DNA from: an uncultured Holophaga sp.
GTDB taxonomy: Bacteria > Acidobacteriota > Holophagae > Holophagales > Holophagaceae
Length of the DNA: 64,000 nucleotides
Assembly: GCA_963664825.1 (NCBI GenBank)
Contig: OY761614.1
Span: forward strand, 2,240,001-2,304,000
Direction: 5' to 3'
Part shown: positions 1 to 10,839 of the stretch, piece by piece
Numbering within the stretch: the first letter of the stretch is position 1
How the letters are laid out: every line of letters begins with the position of its first letter
Program-made: the position numbers and the translations under genes
Notes under the pieces: generated by a model
Told to the model about the DNA's origin: nothing
Seen by the model: the letters and a program-made list of their open reading frames with translations, nothing else
The model's database searches: none

Positions 1-1456
<1,456 letters not shown>

Positions 1457-1483
1457 ATGAAAGCTCCATTCATGCAGGCGAGG

Positions 1484-2215
1484 TTACTGGAGATTACCAG
1501 GATCATCCAGTTCGGGAGTGGCTTCTGGGTTGCGGTTCACCACCACCCGGGCGGCCCGCAGGAGCTGGTCTCGGAGCTTGAAGCCCCGCTCGAAGATGGA
1601 CGCGATGGCGCCGTCCGGCAGGGTGGGATCCACCGCCGTGGTGAGGGCTTCCGCATTCTGGGCGTCGAAGGCGTCACCCACCTTGAGTTCAATTTCCTCG
1701 ACGCCGATGCGCCGCAGGGCATCCAGATATTGTTTGTGGATGAGCGCGACCCCTTCGCGGCAGTCTTCCACGGTGCCGTAGGAGGCCCCCAGGCAGCGCT
1801 CGAAGTTGTCCATGATGGGCAGCATCTCCACCAGCAGCTTGCGCTCGGAGAGATCAACGGCCATCTGGATATCCCGCCCGGTGCGGTTGCGGTAGTTGGC
1901 GAAGTCCGCCAGCAGGCGGTGGTGGCGGTCCGCCTGCTCCATCTCTCGCTTTTCCATCTCCTGGAGGCGGGCCGTGGCTTCCTGCATCTCACGCTCGAGC
2001 TCCTGGATGATTCGCTCGGAGACATCTCCTGTGGCCGCGAGGCGGGGCTCTCGGCTGGGAGGTTCCGGTGTGATATCGGCCACTTCGTCGGCCAAGGCCT
2101 GGAGGTCGTCCACCGCTTCCGATTCGTCAATGGTGAGGTCCACCGTCATATCGCCATCGCGGGCGGTCGGCTCCTCGTCGGGGGCTGGGATACTCGAGTT
2201 GGGTTCAGAGATCAT
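1484..2215 (-). CDS. grpE: Nucleotide exchange factor GrpE
   Basis: LADFANYRNR, LPIMDNFER and GFKLRDQLLRAARVVV motifs; acidic N-terminus; between hrcA and dnaK; start chosen at MISEP. Confidence 0.93.
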   Translation of the reverse strand: MISEPNSSIPAPDEEPTARDGDMTVDLTIDESEAVDDLQALADEVADITPEPPSREPRLAATGDVSERIIQELEREMQEATARLQEMEKREMEQADRHHRLLADFANYRNRTGRDIQMAVDLSERKLLVEMLPIMDNFERCLGASYGTVEDCREGVALIHKQYLDALRRIGVEEIELKVGDAFDAQNAEALTTAVDPTLPDGAIASIFERGFKLRDQLLRAARVVVNRNPEATPELDDPGNLQ

Positions 2216-2318
2216 GTTGGGAATTGTAGTCCACCAGCCGGGAATCGGCAGCAGGATCCTGAGGGATCTATCGGGCCATCTTCCGGGTCCAGGGATCTGG
2301 ACGAGGCATCCCGCCCCT

Positions 2319-3365
2319 TCAGGACTGGCGAACCCCGCGCCGGGCCAGTTCCTCGGACCACCAGGCCAAGCCGCCAATCACCTTGCCGTAGTCCAGGCGC
2401 AGGGGGCCGAAGAAGGCGAAGGCGGCCCCGTCGTGGCCGGGCAGACCCACGGTGCGCATGGCTGTGGCCAGGGGGATATCCGGGAGGAAGGGGTTCTCGG
2501 AACCCAGGAGCAGCTTCACCTCCCGGGCCGAGGCCTCGGCGAAGGCGTTCAGGAGGCGGGCCAGGTGGCCGTGTTCCTCGAAGGTGGTCACCAGTTCCCG
2601 GAAGCGCCTGGAATCCTCGAATTCGGGCATCTCCAGCAGCTCTCGCAGGCCCGAGACGATGAGGTGGGGGCCCTCGGCTTCTCCCGAGGAATTCATGCAC
2701 TCCGCGAGGCTCGCCAGCCGCATGCGCAGTTGCCGGGCCTCGTCGGCCTGTCCCTGCAGGGTCTCGAAGAGGCGGCGCCGCATATCGGCCAGGGAGCATC
2801 CCAGGAAGTGGAAGGTGGCGAAGTTCCCCAGTTCCGTGAGGGTGGCCGCATCGAAGCCCCAGGTGTTTTCCATGACCTGGTGCTCCACATCTCCGGCGTT
2901 GCCCACCCAGACGGCCACCAGACGCCGGGGGCCCAGGGATACGAATTCCAGGCGCACCAGGCTGCTGGTGGAGAGGTGCACGGGCAGAGCCACACAGACG
3001 CCACCCATGACCTCGGAGAGTACTCTGCTGGCGTGGCGGAGCCAGGTGTCCGGGTCCTGGTCCATGCCCTCGAAGGCGGCGGCGAGCTTGGCTCCCAGTG
3101 CTGGCGCAGGGCGCTGAGGGCGGACCCAACGGTCTACGTAATAGCGGTAGGCGCGCTGTGTGGGGACCCGCCCGGCGCTGGTGTGGGGCTGGCTCACCAG
3201 GGCTTCCTCTTCCAGATCGGCCAGGACGCTGCGGATGGTGGCGCTGGAGAGGGGTTCGGGAAAGCGCTGGGCGAGCAGGCGGGAGCCCACGGGCTCTCCC
3301 TCCACGAGGTAGGCCTCGATGAGGGCTTTGAGCACTGTCTCGCTGCGGGCATTCAGTGTGGTCAT
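2319..3365 (-). CDS. hrcA: Heat-inducible transcription repressor HrcA
   Basis: EPVGSR, SSATIR, QPHTSAGRVPT..YRYYVD and GPLRLDY motifs. Confidence 0.95.
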   Translation of the reverse strand: MTTLNARSETVLKALIEAYLVEGEPVGSRLLAQRFPEPLSSATIRSVLADLEEEALVSQPHTSAGRVPTQRAYRYYVDRWVRPQRPAPALGAKLAAAFEGMDQDPDTWLRHASRVLSEVMGGVCVALPVHLSTSSLVRLEFVSLGPRRLVAVWVGNAGDVEHQVMENTWGFDAATLTELGNFATFHFLGCSLADMRRRLFETLQGQADEARQLRMRLASLAECMNSSGEAEGPHLIVSGLRELLEMPEFEDSRRFRELVTTFEEHGHLARLLNAFAEASAREVKLLLGSENPFLPDIPLATAMRTVGLPGHDGAAFAFFGPLRLDYGKVIGGLAWWSEELARRGVRQS

Positions 3366-3435
3366 CACGGATCCGAGGGACCGGCTCCCCTTTCCCATAA
3401 TATACTTCACCCGATTCCACTCTCGGAGGACTCCC

Positions 3436-4272
3436 ATGCGTAAGCTCATCCCTCACGCCGTCTTTGCCGCCCTGCTCGTGCTCGGCACCCTTGCCTGCGG
3501 GAAGAAACTCAGCCCAGAGGCTCAGCAGGCCCAGGATTCCGCGAAGAACGCCGATACCAAAGTGGCCGCCCTGGAGAAGGAACTGGCCGAACTCAAGGTC
3601 GCTAAGACCGGGGATGCCGATACCGAGCATGTCTCCAAGTCCCAGATCAAGGCCGTGGAAAAGCAGCTCCAGGACGCCAAGCGCCAGGCCGAGGTCAAGA
3701 AGAAGGCCGCCCAGGAATTGGCCGCCCAGCCTGTGACCCGGGAAGCGCCCAAGGCCGTTGTGGTGGAAGTGCCTGCGGGCACCAAGCTGGAGGTGAAGCT
3801 CGCCAAGGATCTCAGCACGGAGACCGTGCAGGCCGGGGATGCCTGGGAAGGCCGTCTGGCCACGGATGTCATGGCCGACGGCAAGGTGGCCTGGCCCATG
3901 GGTCTTGAAGTGCGCGGCGTGGTCAGCCAGAGCACGCCTGCGGGGCGCCTCAGCAGCGGCAATGGGGGCTTGGGCATCAAGCTCACCTTCGTGGGCTCCT
4001 ACGATGTGGAGAGTGGCCTCCATGTCGTCACCGGCACGCCCCGGGGTGAGCGCAATGCCAAGTACATCGGCGGCGGCGCGGCCCTGGGCGCCCTGGTCGG
4101 CATTCTCACCGATAAGCACAACAAGGGTGATCACGCCCTGGGGGGCGCGGCCATCGGTGCTGCCGCCGGCACGGCTGTGGCTGCGGGCACCGCCGATACC
4201 GTGATCCGGATCCCAGCCGGAAAGGCCGTGACCTTCACCCTTTCGGCGCCGGAGCGGGTCACGCTGAGGTAG
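3436..4272 (+). CDS. Putative lipoprotein with coiled coil and C-terminal glycine-zipper region
   Basis: GGAGG RBS; signal peptide ending in LAC lipobox; IGGGAALGALVG...ALGGAAIGAAAG. Confidence 0.75.
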   Translation: MRKLIPHAVFAALLVLGTLACGKKLSPEAQQAQDSAKNADTKVAALEKELAELKVAKTGDADTEHVSKSQIKAVEKQLQDAKRQAEVKKKAAQELAAQPVTREAPKAVVVEVPAGTKLEVKLAKDLSTETVQAGDAWEGRLATDVMADGKVAWPMGLEVRGVVSQSTPAGRLSSGNGGLGIKLTFVGSYDVESGLHVVTGTPRGERNAKYIGGGAALGALVGILTDKHNKGDHALGGAAIGAAAGTAVAAGTADTVIRIPAGKAVTFTLSAPERVTLR

Positions 4273-4300
4273 ACGAAGGACCTCCTGGTTCGGTGACGGC

Positions 4301-4951
4301 ATGACGGAACGCGAAATCCTGGAATCCCTCTGCGAGGCTTGCCGTCGCCTCCATGATCGCGGCCTGCTGGCGGCCGGGGACGGCAATCTCAGCGCCCGGC
4401 TCGCCGATGGGCGCATCGCCATGACGCCCTCGGGGGTGGCCAAGGCCTGGATTCGTCCCCGGGATTTCGCCTTCCTCAGTTCACAGGGCGAGGTGCTGAA
4501 GGGCCAGCCCAGCAGCGAGCGACTCATGCACCTGGCCATCTATGGGGCCTGTCCGGAGGCCAGGGTGGTGGTCCACGCCCACCCGCCCACGGCCATCGCC
4601 TGGACGCTGGCCCGGCCCGAACTGGCGGCGATGCCTTCCGAAGGCCTGCCTGAGCTCATTTTGGGGGCGGGCGCGATCCCCATCGTGGCCTATGCCCGGC
4701 CCGGCACCCCAGGGCTCGGCGAGGCCCTGAAGCCCTTCCTGCCCGCCCATCGCCTGCTCGTCCTGGCCCGCCACGGGGCCGTATGCTGGGGGGAGGATAT
4801 CCACGAGGCCGTGGGGGGCATGGAGCGCCTGGAGCATGTGGCCCAGATTCTCAAGGCCGCCGTGCAACTTGGAGGAATCTCGCCCCTTCCCCATGCTGAA
4901 CTCTCGGCTCTCCGGCAGCTCCGGGCGGAGCTGGGTCCCCGGCTTCGGTGA
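4301..4951 (+). CDS. Class II aldolase/adducin family protein (FucA/Ald2/MtnB-like)
   Basis: GDGNLS, TPSG, PSSE..MH, VVHAHP and LARHG metal-binding motifs. Confidence 0.88.
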   Translation: MTEREILESLCEACRRLHDRGLLAAGDGNLSARLADGRIAMTPSGVAKAWIRPRDFAFLSSQGEVLKGQPSSERLMHLAIYGACPEARVVVHAHPPTAIAWTLARPELAAMPSEGLPELILGAGAIPIVAYARPGTPGLGEALKPFLPAHRLLVLARHGAVCWGEDIHEAVGGMERLEHVAQILKAAVQLGGISPLPHAELSALRQLRAELGPRLR

Positions 4952-5545
4952 TCAGAGATCCCAGTTCAGATCATAGGCATGCATGTCCACGGGATGGGGC
5001 TGCTGGTCCACCCGTCCGCCGGTGAATCCCAGATGTTGGAGGGCTTCCCTGAGGGCCGGAGGCATGACTTCGTCGAGGTATTGGGGATAGGGGAACCTCG
5101 CCCAGATGGTGACGCGTGCCTGGTGGGGGGCCCTCTGCACGCCTTCGATGCAGCCTCCGTCATGGCAGGCCTGCCAAAGGAGGCAGAACCGCGCCAGGAA
5201 GGTGGCGATATTCCGGGTGCCCCGGAGATCCTCGAAGTGGGGATGGGAGAACATCAGGGAGGCCATGGTGAAGGCCCGGACCTTCTCCAGGCGCATATCG
5301 AAGAGCCCTCCGTAGGCCGAACGGATCTCACGGAGGAGCTCCACAGGTACCCATGCCTCGGCGGCCGGAGGCTGACACATCAGATTCCGAGCAGCGGGGC
5401 CCAGGTTTTCCAGCAGGAGTTCCTGCCGATCCGAGGTGAGTCCGGCGAGGATCGTGGCCCGGAAGGCCTGGATGCCCAGTCCTCGGACTTGGCTCACGGC
5501 CAGGGAACCGAGCGGGCCACTGGGGCGCGTGGAATCATCGGTCAT
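4952..5545 (-). CDS. Hypothetical protein
   Basis: 197-aa ORF that exactly fills the gap; TAATAT -10-like hexamer 6 nt upstream of the ATG; no recognised motif. Confidence 0.6.
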   Translation of the reverse strand: MTDDSTRPSGPLGSLAVSQVRGLGIQAFRATILAGLTSDRQELLLENLGPAARNLMCQPPAAEAWVPVELLREIRSAYGGLFDMRLEKVRAFTMASLMFSHPHFEDLRGTRNIATFLARFCLLWQACHDGGCIEGVQRAPHQARVTIWARFPYPQYLDEVMPPALREALQHLGFTGGRVDQQPHPVDMHAYDLNWDL

Positions 5546-5625
5546 CCATTCATATTAGCGCAGGGGGCCAAGGCCGACGCATTTTTGCTCAAGGGGCCAG
5601 TCCCCGGGTGCACTAGGCTGTTTGG

Positions 5626-6636
5626 ATGAACGAACGGGTTTCCCTCGCGCTGAAGGTGGAGGTGGGTCGCCTCTGGATCCTGGACCAGACCCGGCTGCCG
5701 GACGTGGAATGCTGGCTCGACGGCAGGGACCCTGGGACGATGGTGGGCCATATCCAGCGCCTGGCGGTGCGGGGTGCGCCCCTCATCGGCGTGGCGGCGG
5801 CGCTTTCGCTGGCTTCCTACGCGGAATCCGGCGCTTCGCAAGTTCGGTTGAGGTCGGCCTGTGCGGCTTTGCGGGGGGCCAGGCCCACCGCCGTGAACCT
5901 CATGGTGGCCATGGACCGGATGAAGGGCTGCCTGGACGCGGGCGCCTCCACCCAGGGTCTGGTGCGCGAGGCCGAGGCCATCTTCGATGAGGACGTGGCG
6001 CTCTGCGAGGCCCTGGCCCAGCGGGGCGCGGCCCTGATGGGTTATGGCGAGAGCGTCATCACCCACTGCAACGCGGGGGCCCTGGCCACGGCGGGCATCG
6101 GCACGGCGGTGGGCGTCATTGCCCGCGCCTTCGAACTGGGGAAACTGAATCATGTCTTCGTGGACGAGACCCGTCCCCTGCTCCAGGGGGCCCGGCTCAC
6201 GGCCTGGGAAATGCTTCGCCTAGGCATCCCCCATACGCTCATCACCGATAGCATGGCGGCGATCCTCCTGCGGGAGGGGCGCGTGCAGCGCGTGCTGGTG
6301 GGCGCCGACCGGGTGGCCGCCAATGGCGATTTCGCCAACAAGGTGGGCACCTACGGTCTGGCCGTGCAGGCCTCCCATCACGGCATCCCCTTTCACCCGG
6401 TGGCCCCCTGGACCACGGTGGACCTGGACTGTCCGGATGGAGGGTCCATCCCCATCGAGGAGCGGCTCGCCCAGGAGGTGCGCGGCTTTGGAAGCCTGCG
6501 CTGGGCGCCGGAAGGGAGTCCTGTGTTCAACCCATCCTTCGACGTGACCCCCGTTGCGCTGGTGACGAGTCTCGTGCTCGATCGCGCCGTGCTCTCAGGG
6601 GCTCAGCTGCGGGAGGGCGGATTGTCGAGGCTCTGA
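5626..6636 (+). CDS. mtnA: S-methyl-5-thioribose-1-phosphate isomerase
   Basis: LDQT.LP, VRGAPLIG, ARPTAVNL, THCNAG.LAT, DETRPLLQGARLT, NKVGTY and NPSFDVTP motifs. Confidence 0.95.
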   Translation: MNERVSLALKVEVGRLWILDQTRLPDVECWLDGRDPGTMVGHIQRLAVRGAPLIGVAAALSLASYAESGASQVRLRSACAALRGARPTAVNLMVAMDRMKGCLDAGASTQGLVREAEAIFDEDVALCEALAQRGAALMGYGESVITHCNAGALATAGIGTAVGVIARAFELGKLNHVFVDETRPLLQGARLTAWEMLRLGIPHTLITDSMAAILLREGRVQRVLVGADRVAANGDFANKVGTYGLAVQASHHGIPFHPVAPWTTVDLDCPDGGSIPIEERLAQEVRGFGSLRWAPEGSPVFNPSFDVTPVALVTSLVLDRAVLSGAQLREGGLSRL

Positions 6637-7398
6637 TCACGCCGCCAGGAAATTCCTCAGCCAGCCCAGGGGTCCGGTGTAGCGGATGGGGCCCTGTTCG
6701 CGGATGAGGCACCAGCATTCCTCGTTGAGGACCAGGGGCGCATGGGTGGAGCCCTCGCCGAAATGTGTCCAGCAGCCCGTGGGATAGGCTGCCTCGCCGT
6801 CTTCCATCAGGCCCTCCAGCACCAGCATCTGTTCGCTGCCGAAGTGGACATGGGAGGGGGTGCGGAATCCGTGGGGAGCCACCAGCAGGCTCAGGCGGGG
6901 GCCTCCGTCGTCGGCGCCCAGGAGGGTCGCCATGCGCGCGCCGCCGCGGGTCTTCCATTTCCAAGTGGCCTCTGGCGGGAGTTGGGATAGCACCGAGGCA
7001 GGCAGGAAGGGGGCCCCAAGAGGGGCCGTACCCTCCGTGAAGGCCTGATGCACCAATGCCATGATCCGCAGGCTCAGATCCCCACCAGACTGGAGGAGCC
7101 GCTGGAGCTCGCTGGGGATGGGGGAGGGCTGGGGGCGCCGCCGGGGGCGGAATCCTTTGATCCTGGACTGGGCGGCCCGGAGGGCGCCCTGAGCCAGGGG
7201 CAGGAGTTCCTGGGTTTCAAGTCTCAGCCCGATCTCTACGATGGCGGGCAGTCTTCGGACTTCCGCGTTCAGTTGGTGGCATTGGGGACAGCGCAGCAGG
7301 TGCAGCCGCAGGCGGATGCCTTCGGCAAGAGGCACGGCTCCATCCTCCAGGTCCGTGAGGCGGCAGACCACCTGCTGGCAGGTGAGGGGCGATGTCAT
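6637..7398 (-). CDS. Anti-sigma factor: zinc-binding HxxxCxxC domain plus ChrR-like cupin
   Basis: HLLRCPQC; cupin motifs PSHVHFGSE and STHAP; ATGA overlap with the ECF sigma gene. Confidence 0.82.
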   Translation of the reverse strand: MTSPLTCQQVVCRLTDLEDGAVPLAEGIRLRLHLLRCPQCHQLNAEVRRLPAIVEIGLRLETQELLPLAQGALRAAQSRIKGFRPRRRPQPSPIPSELQRLLQSGGDLSLRIMALVHQAFTEGTAPLGAPFLPASVLSQLPPEATWKWKTRGGARMATLLGADDGGPRLSLLVAPHGFRTPSHVHFGSEQMLVLEGLMEDGEAAYPTGCWTHFGEGSTHAPLVLNEECWCLIREQGPIRYTGPLGWLRNFLAA

Positions 7399-8006
7399 AG
7401 CTTGCCTTCGTGGAGAAAGGCCGAGAGGACGCCCCGTAGGCCCAATCTGGCCCGGTGCAGGCGCTGGCGCACCAGCCCGCGGCTGATGCCCAACATGGTG
7501 GCGACTTCCTCGGTATCCATGCCTTCTAAATCCCTCAAGACAAAAACCGCTCGCTGTTCATCGGAAAGACTATTCAGTCCCTCTTGGACCCTCTCCCGAA
7601 CCTGGGCTTCTTCGACGTTTTCAAGGGCCGTGGCCTCCTGGCTGAGATCCTTGAGACCTTCCTTGCCCATGTGATGCCCCTCGGGCGTGAAGTGTGGAAG
7701 GAAATCTTCGATGGTGTCTTCCCGGCGGCGGAGCCTCGAGCGCCGCAGCATCAGCGCCTCGTTGAGGCAGACCCGGTAGCCCCAGGTGCTGAACTTGCTC
7801 TTCCCCTGGAATCGATGCAGTGCGGTGTAGATGCTGAGCAGGGCCTCCTGCAGGGCATCCTGGGTGTCCAGGGGGTCCTGGAGAATGCGCTGGATGCCGG
7901 CGGAAAAGAGTCCCAGATAGGGCTCCACCAGGGCCCCAAAGGCCTCGCCATCCCCGGCGATGGATTGGGCGATGAGTTCTGCTTCGGGAAGTCGGTCCGT
8001 GTCCAT
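7395..8006 (-). CDS. ECF sigma-70 factor
   Basis: Region 2 DALQEA..FQGKSKFSTW; region 4 RAVFVLRDLEG..EVA.MLG..VRQRLHRAR. Confidence 0.93.
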   Translation of the reverse strand: MDTDRLPEAELIAQSIAGDGEAFGALVEPYLGLFSAGIQRILQDPLDTQDALQEALLSIYTALHRFQGKSKFSTWGYRVCLNEALMLRRSRLRRREDTIEDFLPHFTPEGHHMGKEGLKDLSQEATALENVEEAQVRERVQEGLNSLSDEQRAVFVLRDLEGMDTEEVATMLGISRGLVRQRLHRARLGLRGVLSAFLHEGKL

Positions 8007-8017
8007 TGTTTCTAAGC

Positions 8018-9229
8018 CTACCGTGTCAATCGGGCTAGACGAATGGTGAAGGTGGTCCCGAGGCCAGCCCCGAGGCTCGAGACGCGGATCTCGCCCCCGT
8101 GGCCCCGGACGATTTCCCGGCAGAGGAAGAGTCCCAGCCCCGTCCCGGGGACCGAGCGCGTCATCTCGTCCCCCACCCGGTAGAAGCGCTGGAAGATGCG
8201 GGGGAGGTCCTTGGAGGTGATCCCATGGCCCCGGTCTGCGATGACGATGATCGCGTCGTCATTATCCCCGTCCAGGGTGAGGGTGGTCTCCCGGGGTTCG
8301 GAGGCGTATTTGAAGGCGTTGGAGAGGAGGTTCTCCAGCACCATGGCGAAGGCCCTGGCATCGATCCGGGCCAGGATGTCGGGAGCCAGGTCCATCCGGA
8401 GGCCTAGGAGTCCCTCGCCGAGACGGTGGTCCATCTCCTGGCACACCCGCTGGATGAGGGGGGCGAGTTCCATGACCTCCGGGTTGATTTCCAGCCTGCC
8501 CGCATCCGCCCGGGCCGTTTCCAGGAGATTGGTCACCAGGTCCGTCAGGCGGTGGAGATCCCCATCCATGAGTGTCTGGATGCGCGTCTTCTGCTCCGGG
8601 GCCAATTCCCGACTGAACATGGTCTCCATCCAGACCCGCAGGCTGGCGATGGGCGTCTTCAATTCGTGGGTGACCGAGGCGATGAAGTTGCGCTGGCGGA
8701 ACTTCATTTCCATTTCGGCATTCAGCTTTCGATAGATGTAGGTCATTCCGAAGAGCACGGCGGCCACGAGGATCAGGGCCTCGCCGGCAGTGCGCCAGAG
8801 GGCGAGAGTGCGCTCCCGGTCCATGGCCTGGAGGACTTCGGGACGCAGCGTGAGGTAGGCCGTCTGGTCGGCCAGGAGCACGGGGTCGTCGAGTTCCATG
8901 GGCGTGGGCAGCACCGCCACGAAGGGGTAGCGCTGCTGGATGGCCTGGGTGCGCTCTTCCATCGTGCGGGTATCGGGAAGCCTGCCCACCACCACGCCTG
9001 GGCCTTCGGTCGGATCCCTTGGGAGATCGGGGCGGAAGAGGGCCATGGAATCGAATTGCCAGGCCTCGGCCCGGGCGGCCCTCATCTGGGCAATGCGGGC
9101 ATCCTGGAGGCGCTTGGATTCCCGGACCTGCACGCCGATCCACCAGGCCATCTGGGCGAGCAGCAGGATTGCCACGCCCCAAAAAATGAGCCTCTCCGTG
9201 GCCGGAGGCTTGAGGGATCGCTTGGTCAT
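8018..9229 (-). CDS. Membrane sensor histidine kinase
   Basis: Two TM segments; H-box VTHELKTP; N-box NLLSNAFKY; G-boxes DRGHG and GTGLGL. Confidence 0.92.
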   Translation of the reverse strand: MTKRSLKPPATERLIFWGVAILLLAQMAWWIGVQVRESKRLQDARIAQMRAARAEAWQFDSMALFRPDLPRDPTEGPGVVVGRLPDTRTMEERTQAIQQRYPFVAVLPTPMELDDPVLLADQTAYLTLRPEVLQAMDRERTLALWRTAGEALILVAAVLFGMTYIYRKLNAEMEMKFRQRNFIASVTHELKTPIASLRVWMETMFSRELAPEQKTRIQTLMDGDLHRLTDLVTNLLETARADAGRLEINPEVMELAPLIQRVCQEMDHRLGEGLLGLRMDLAPDILARIDARAFAMVLENLLSNAFKYASEPRETTLTLDGDNDDAIIVIADRGHGITSKDLPRIFQRFYRVGDEMTRSVPGTGLGLFLCREIVRGHGGEIRVSSLGAGLGTTFTIRLARLTR

Positions 9230-9388
9230 GGTTGGGGGAAGTCCTCATGAGAAACAGGCCAGGGCCCGAATGGATCGTTTGGTCCTGGAGATTTGGGGAG
9301 GGTATCAGAAGATCCAGTTTGATCCCTGTGGGCCGATTGGGTAAGACTCCTTGCATTGCCCACCAGGGTGGGCATCCTGGAAAAAGGA

Positions 9389-10834
9389 ATGAGTAATCTG
9401 CCCACTAATCTCTTCAAGCCGGGGTCCCCGTCCCAGGGGCCTTCCAACCCCTATAAACCCGGGGCACCCGCTGCGTCGGGCTCCTCTCGGAGCCAGGGGC
9501 AGGAGGTCCTGGTCGAGCTGGTGCAGGCTCAGCGGCTCATTTCCCAGCAGGCCCAGGAACTCACGGAACTGCGTTCCAGGCTCAGCCGCCGGACCCATCA
9601 GATGGCCGTCCTCCAGCATGTGGCCGAAATCCTGGCCGCCACCCCCAAGGTGACCCAGGTGGCTAGCGTGCTCCAGGACGTGTTCGTCCAGGAGTTCGGT
9701 GCCAAGGCCTGTGGCGTGTGGATTCTCGAAGACGAGGGCTCCACCTTCCAGCCCAAGGTGGGGCACGGCTTGCCCCGGAGCCTATGGACTCAGATCGCGC
9801 TTCCGGCGCCCAATCCCTTTCCCAATTCCCCCATCGTGCTCTTCCAGCCTCAGTGGCTGGACCAGGCGGCGATCCGGGGGCCCCTGGAGGCTCTGCGCGT
9901 CTCGCCGGAGGTCTCCCTCTACTTCGTGCCCTTCGAACACCAGCTGCTGCTCATGGGCTTCGCCATCCTGGCCCTGGAGACGGGCCGCGGCATGGATGAG
10001 GACCAGGATAGCCTCACCATTCTGCAGCGGCAGGTGGCGGTCTCCATCTACAACGCATGGCTCTTCCGGGATCTGGGTCAGCAGCGGGATACCCTGAGGC
10101 GGCAGACCTTTGAACTGGAGAAGGCCAATGCTGCCCTGCGGGAAGCCGATCGCTTCAAGAGCGAGTTCCTGGCGCTGACAAGCCATGAGCTCCGCACGCC
10201 CCTCACCGGCATCCTGGGCTTCACGCGCTTGGTCATCGACGAGCTTTACGAGGACGAGGATGAGATGAAGCGGATGCTGCAGGACAGCTACGCCTCCGGC
10301 AAGCACCTGCTCTCCCTCCTCAACGACATCCTCGATCTCGCCAAGATCGAATCCGGACGCATGGAGGTCCAGGTCGAGCCCTTCAGCCTCAATGCCCTCA
10401 TGGATGAGGTGAAACCCATCGCCCAGGCCTATCCCCACAAGGCGGAGGTGGAGCTGCAATGGCCCGAGGGGCTGGAGGAACTGCCCGAGGTGATGGTGGA
10501 CCCCGGTCGCCTGAAACAGGTCCTGCTCAATATCCTGTCCAACGCCCTCAAGTTCACCAAGGAGGGCAGCGTCCGCACGGTGGTGGAGCGGGGATTCGGC
10601 CAGGTGACGGTCCAGGTGATCGATACGGGCATCGGTATCCGGGCCGAGGACAAGACTCAGCTCTTCCAGAAGTTTGTCCAGGCCGAGGGCGGCCACGCCC
10701 GGGAATACGGTGGTACCGGCCTGGGACTGGTGATCTGCAAGCACCTGATGGAGATGATGGGGGGCACCATCACCCTGGAGAGCGAAGGCCAGGGGAAGGG
10801 TTCCCTCGTGACCCTGACCATGCTCATCGCCTAA
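9389..10834 (+). CDS. Cytoplasmic GAF-domain histidine kinase
   Basis: GAF-like region; SHELRTPL, NILSNALKF, DTGIG and GTGLGL; no TM segment seen. Confidence 0.9.
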   Translation: MSNLPTNLFKPGSPSQGPSNPYKPGAPAASGSSRSQGQEVLVELVQAQRLISQQAQELTELRSRLSRRTHQMAVLQHVAEILAATPKVTQVASVLQDVFVQEFGAKACGVWILEDEGSTFQPKVGHGLPRSLWTQIALPAPNPFPNSPIVLFQPQWLDQAAIRGPLEALRVSPEVSLYFVPFEHQLLLMGFAILALETGRGMDEDQDSLTILQRQVAVSIYNAWLFRDLGQQRDTLRRQTFELEKANAALREADRFKSEFLALTSHELRTPLTGILGFTRLVIDELYEDEDEMKRMLQDSYASGKHLLSLLNDILDLAKIESGRMEVQVEPFSLNALMDEVKPIAQAYPHKAEVELQWPEGLEELPEVMVDPGRLKQVLLNILSNALKFTKEGSVRTVVERGFGQVTVQVIDTGIGIRAEDKTQLFQKFVQAEGGHAREYGGTGLGLVICKHLMEMMGGTITLESEGQGKGSLVTLTMLIA

Positions 10835-10839
10835 AATTT

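Noticed and set aside
4949..6639. TGATCA at both convergent junctions (4949-4954 and 6634-6639) as recombination sites
   Set aside because: Abutting TGA stops produce this hexamer automatically, and no recombinase or longer repeat supports an inversion.
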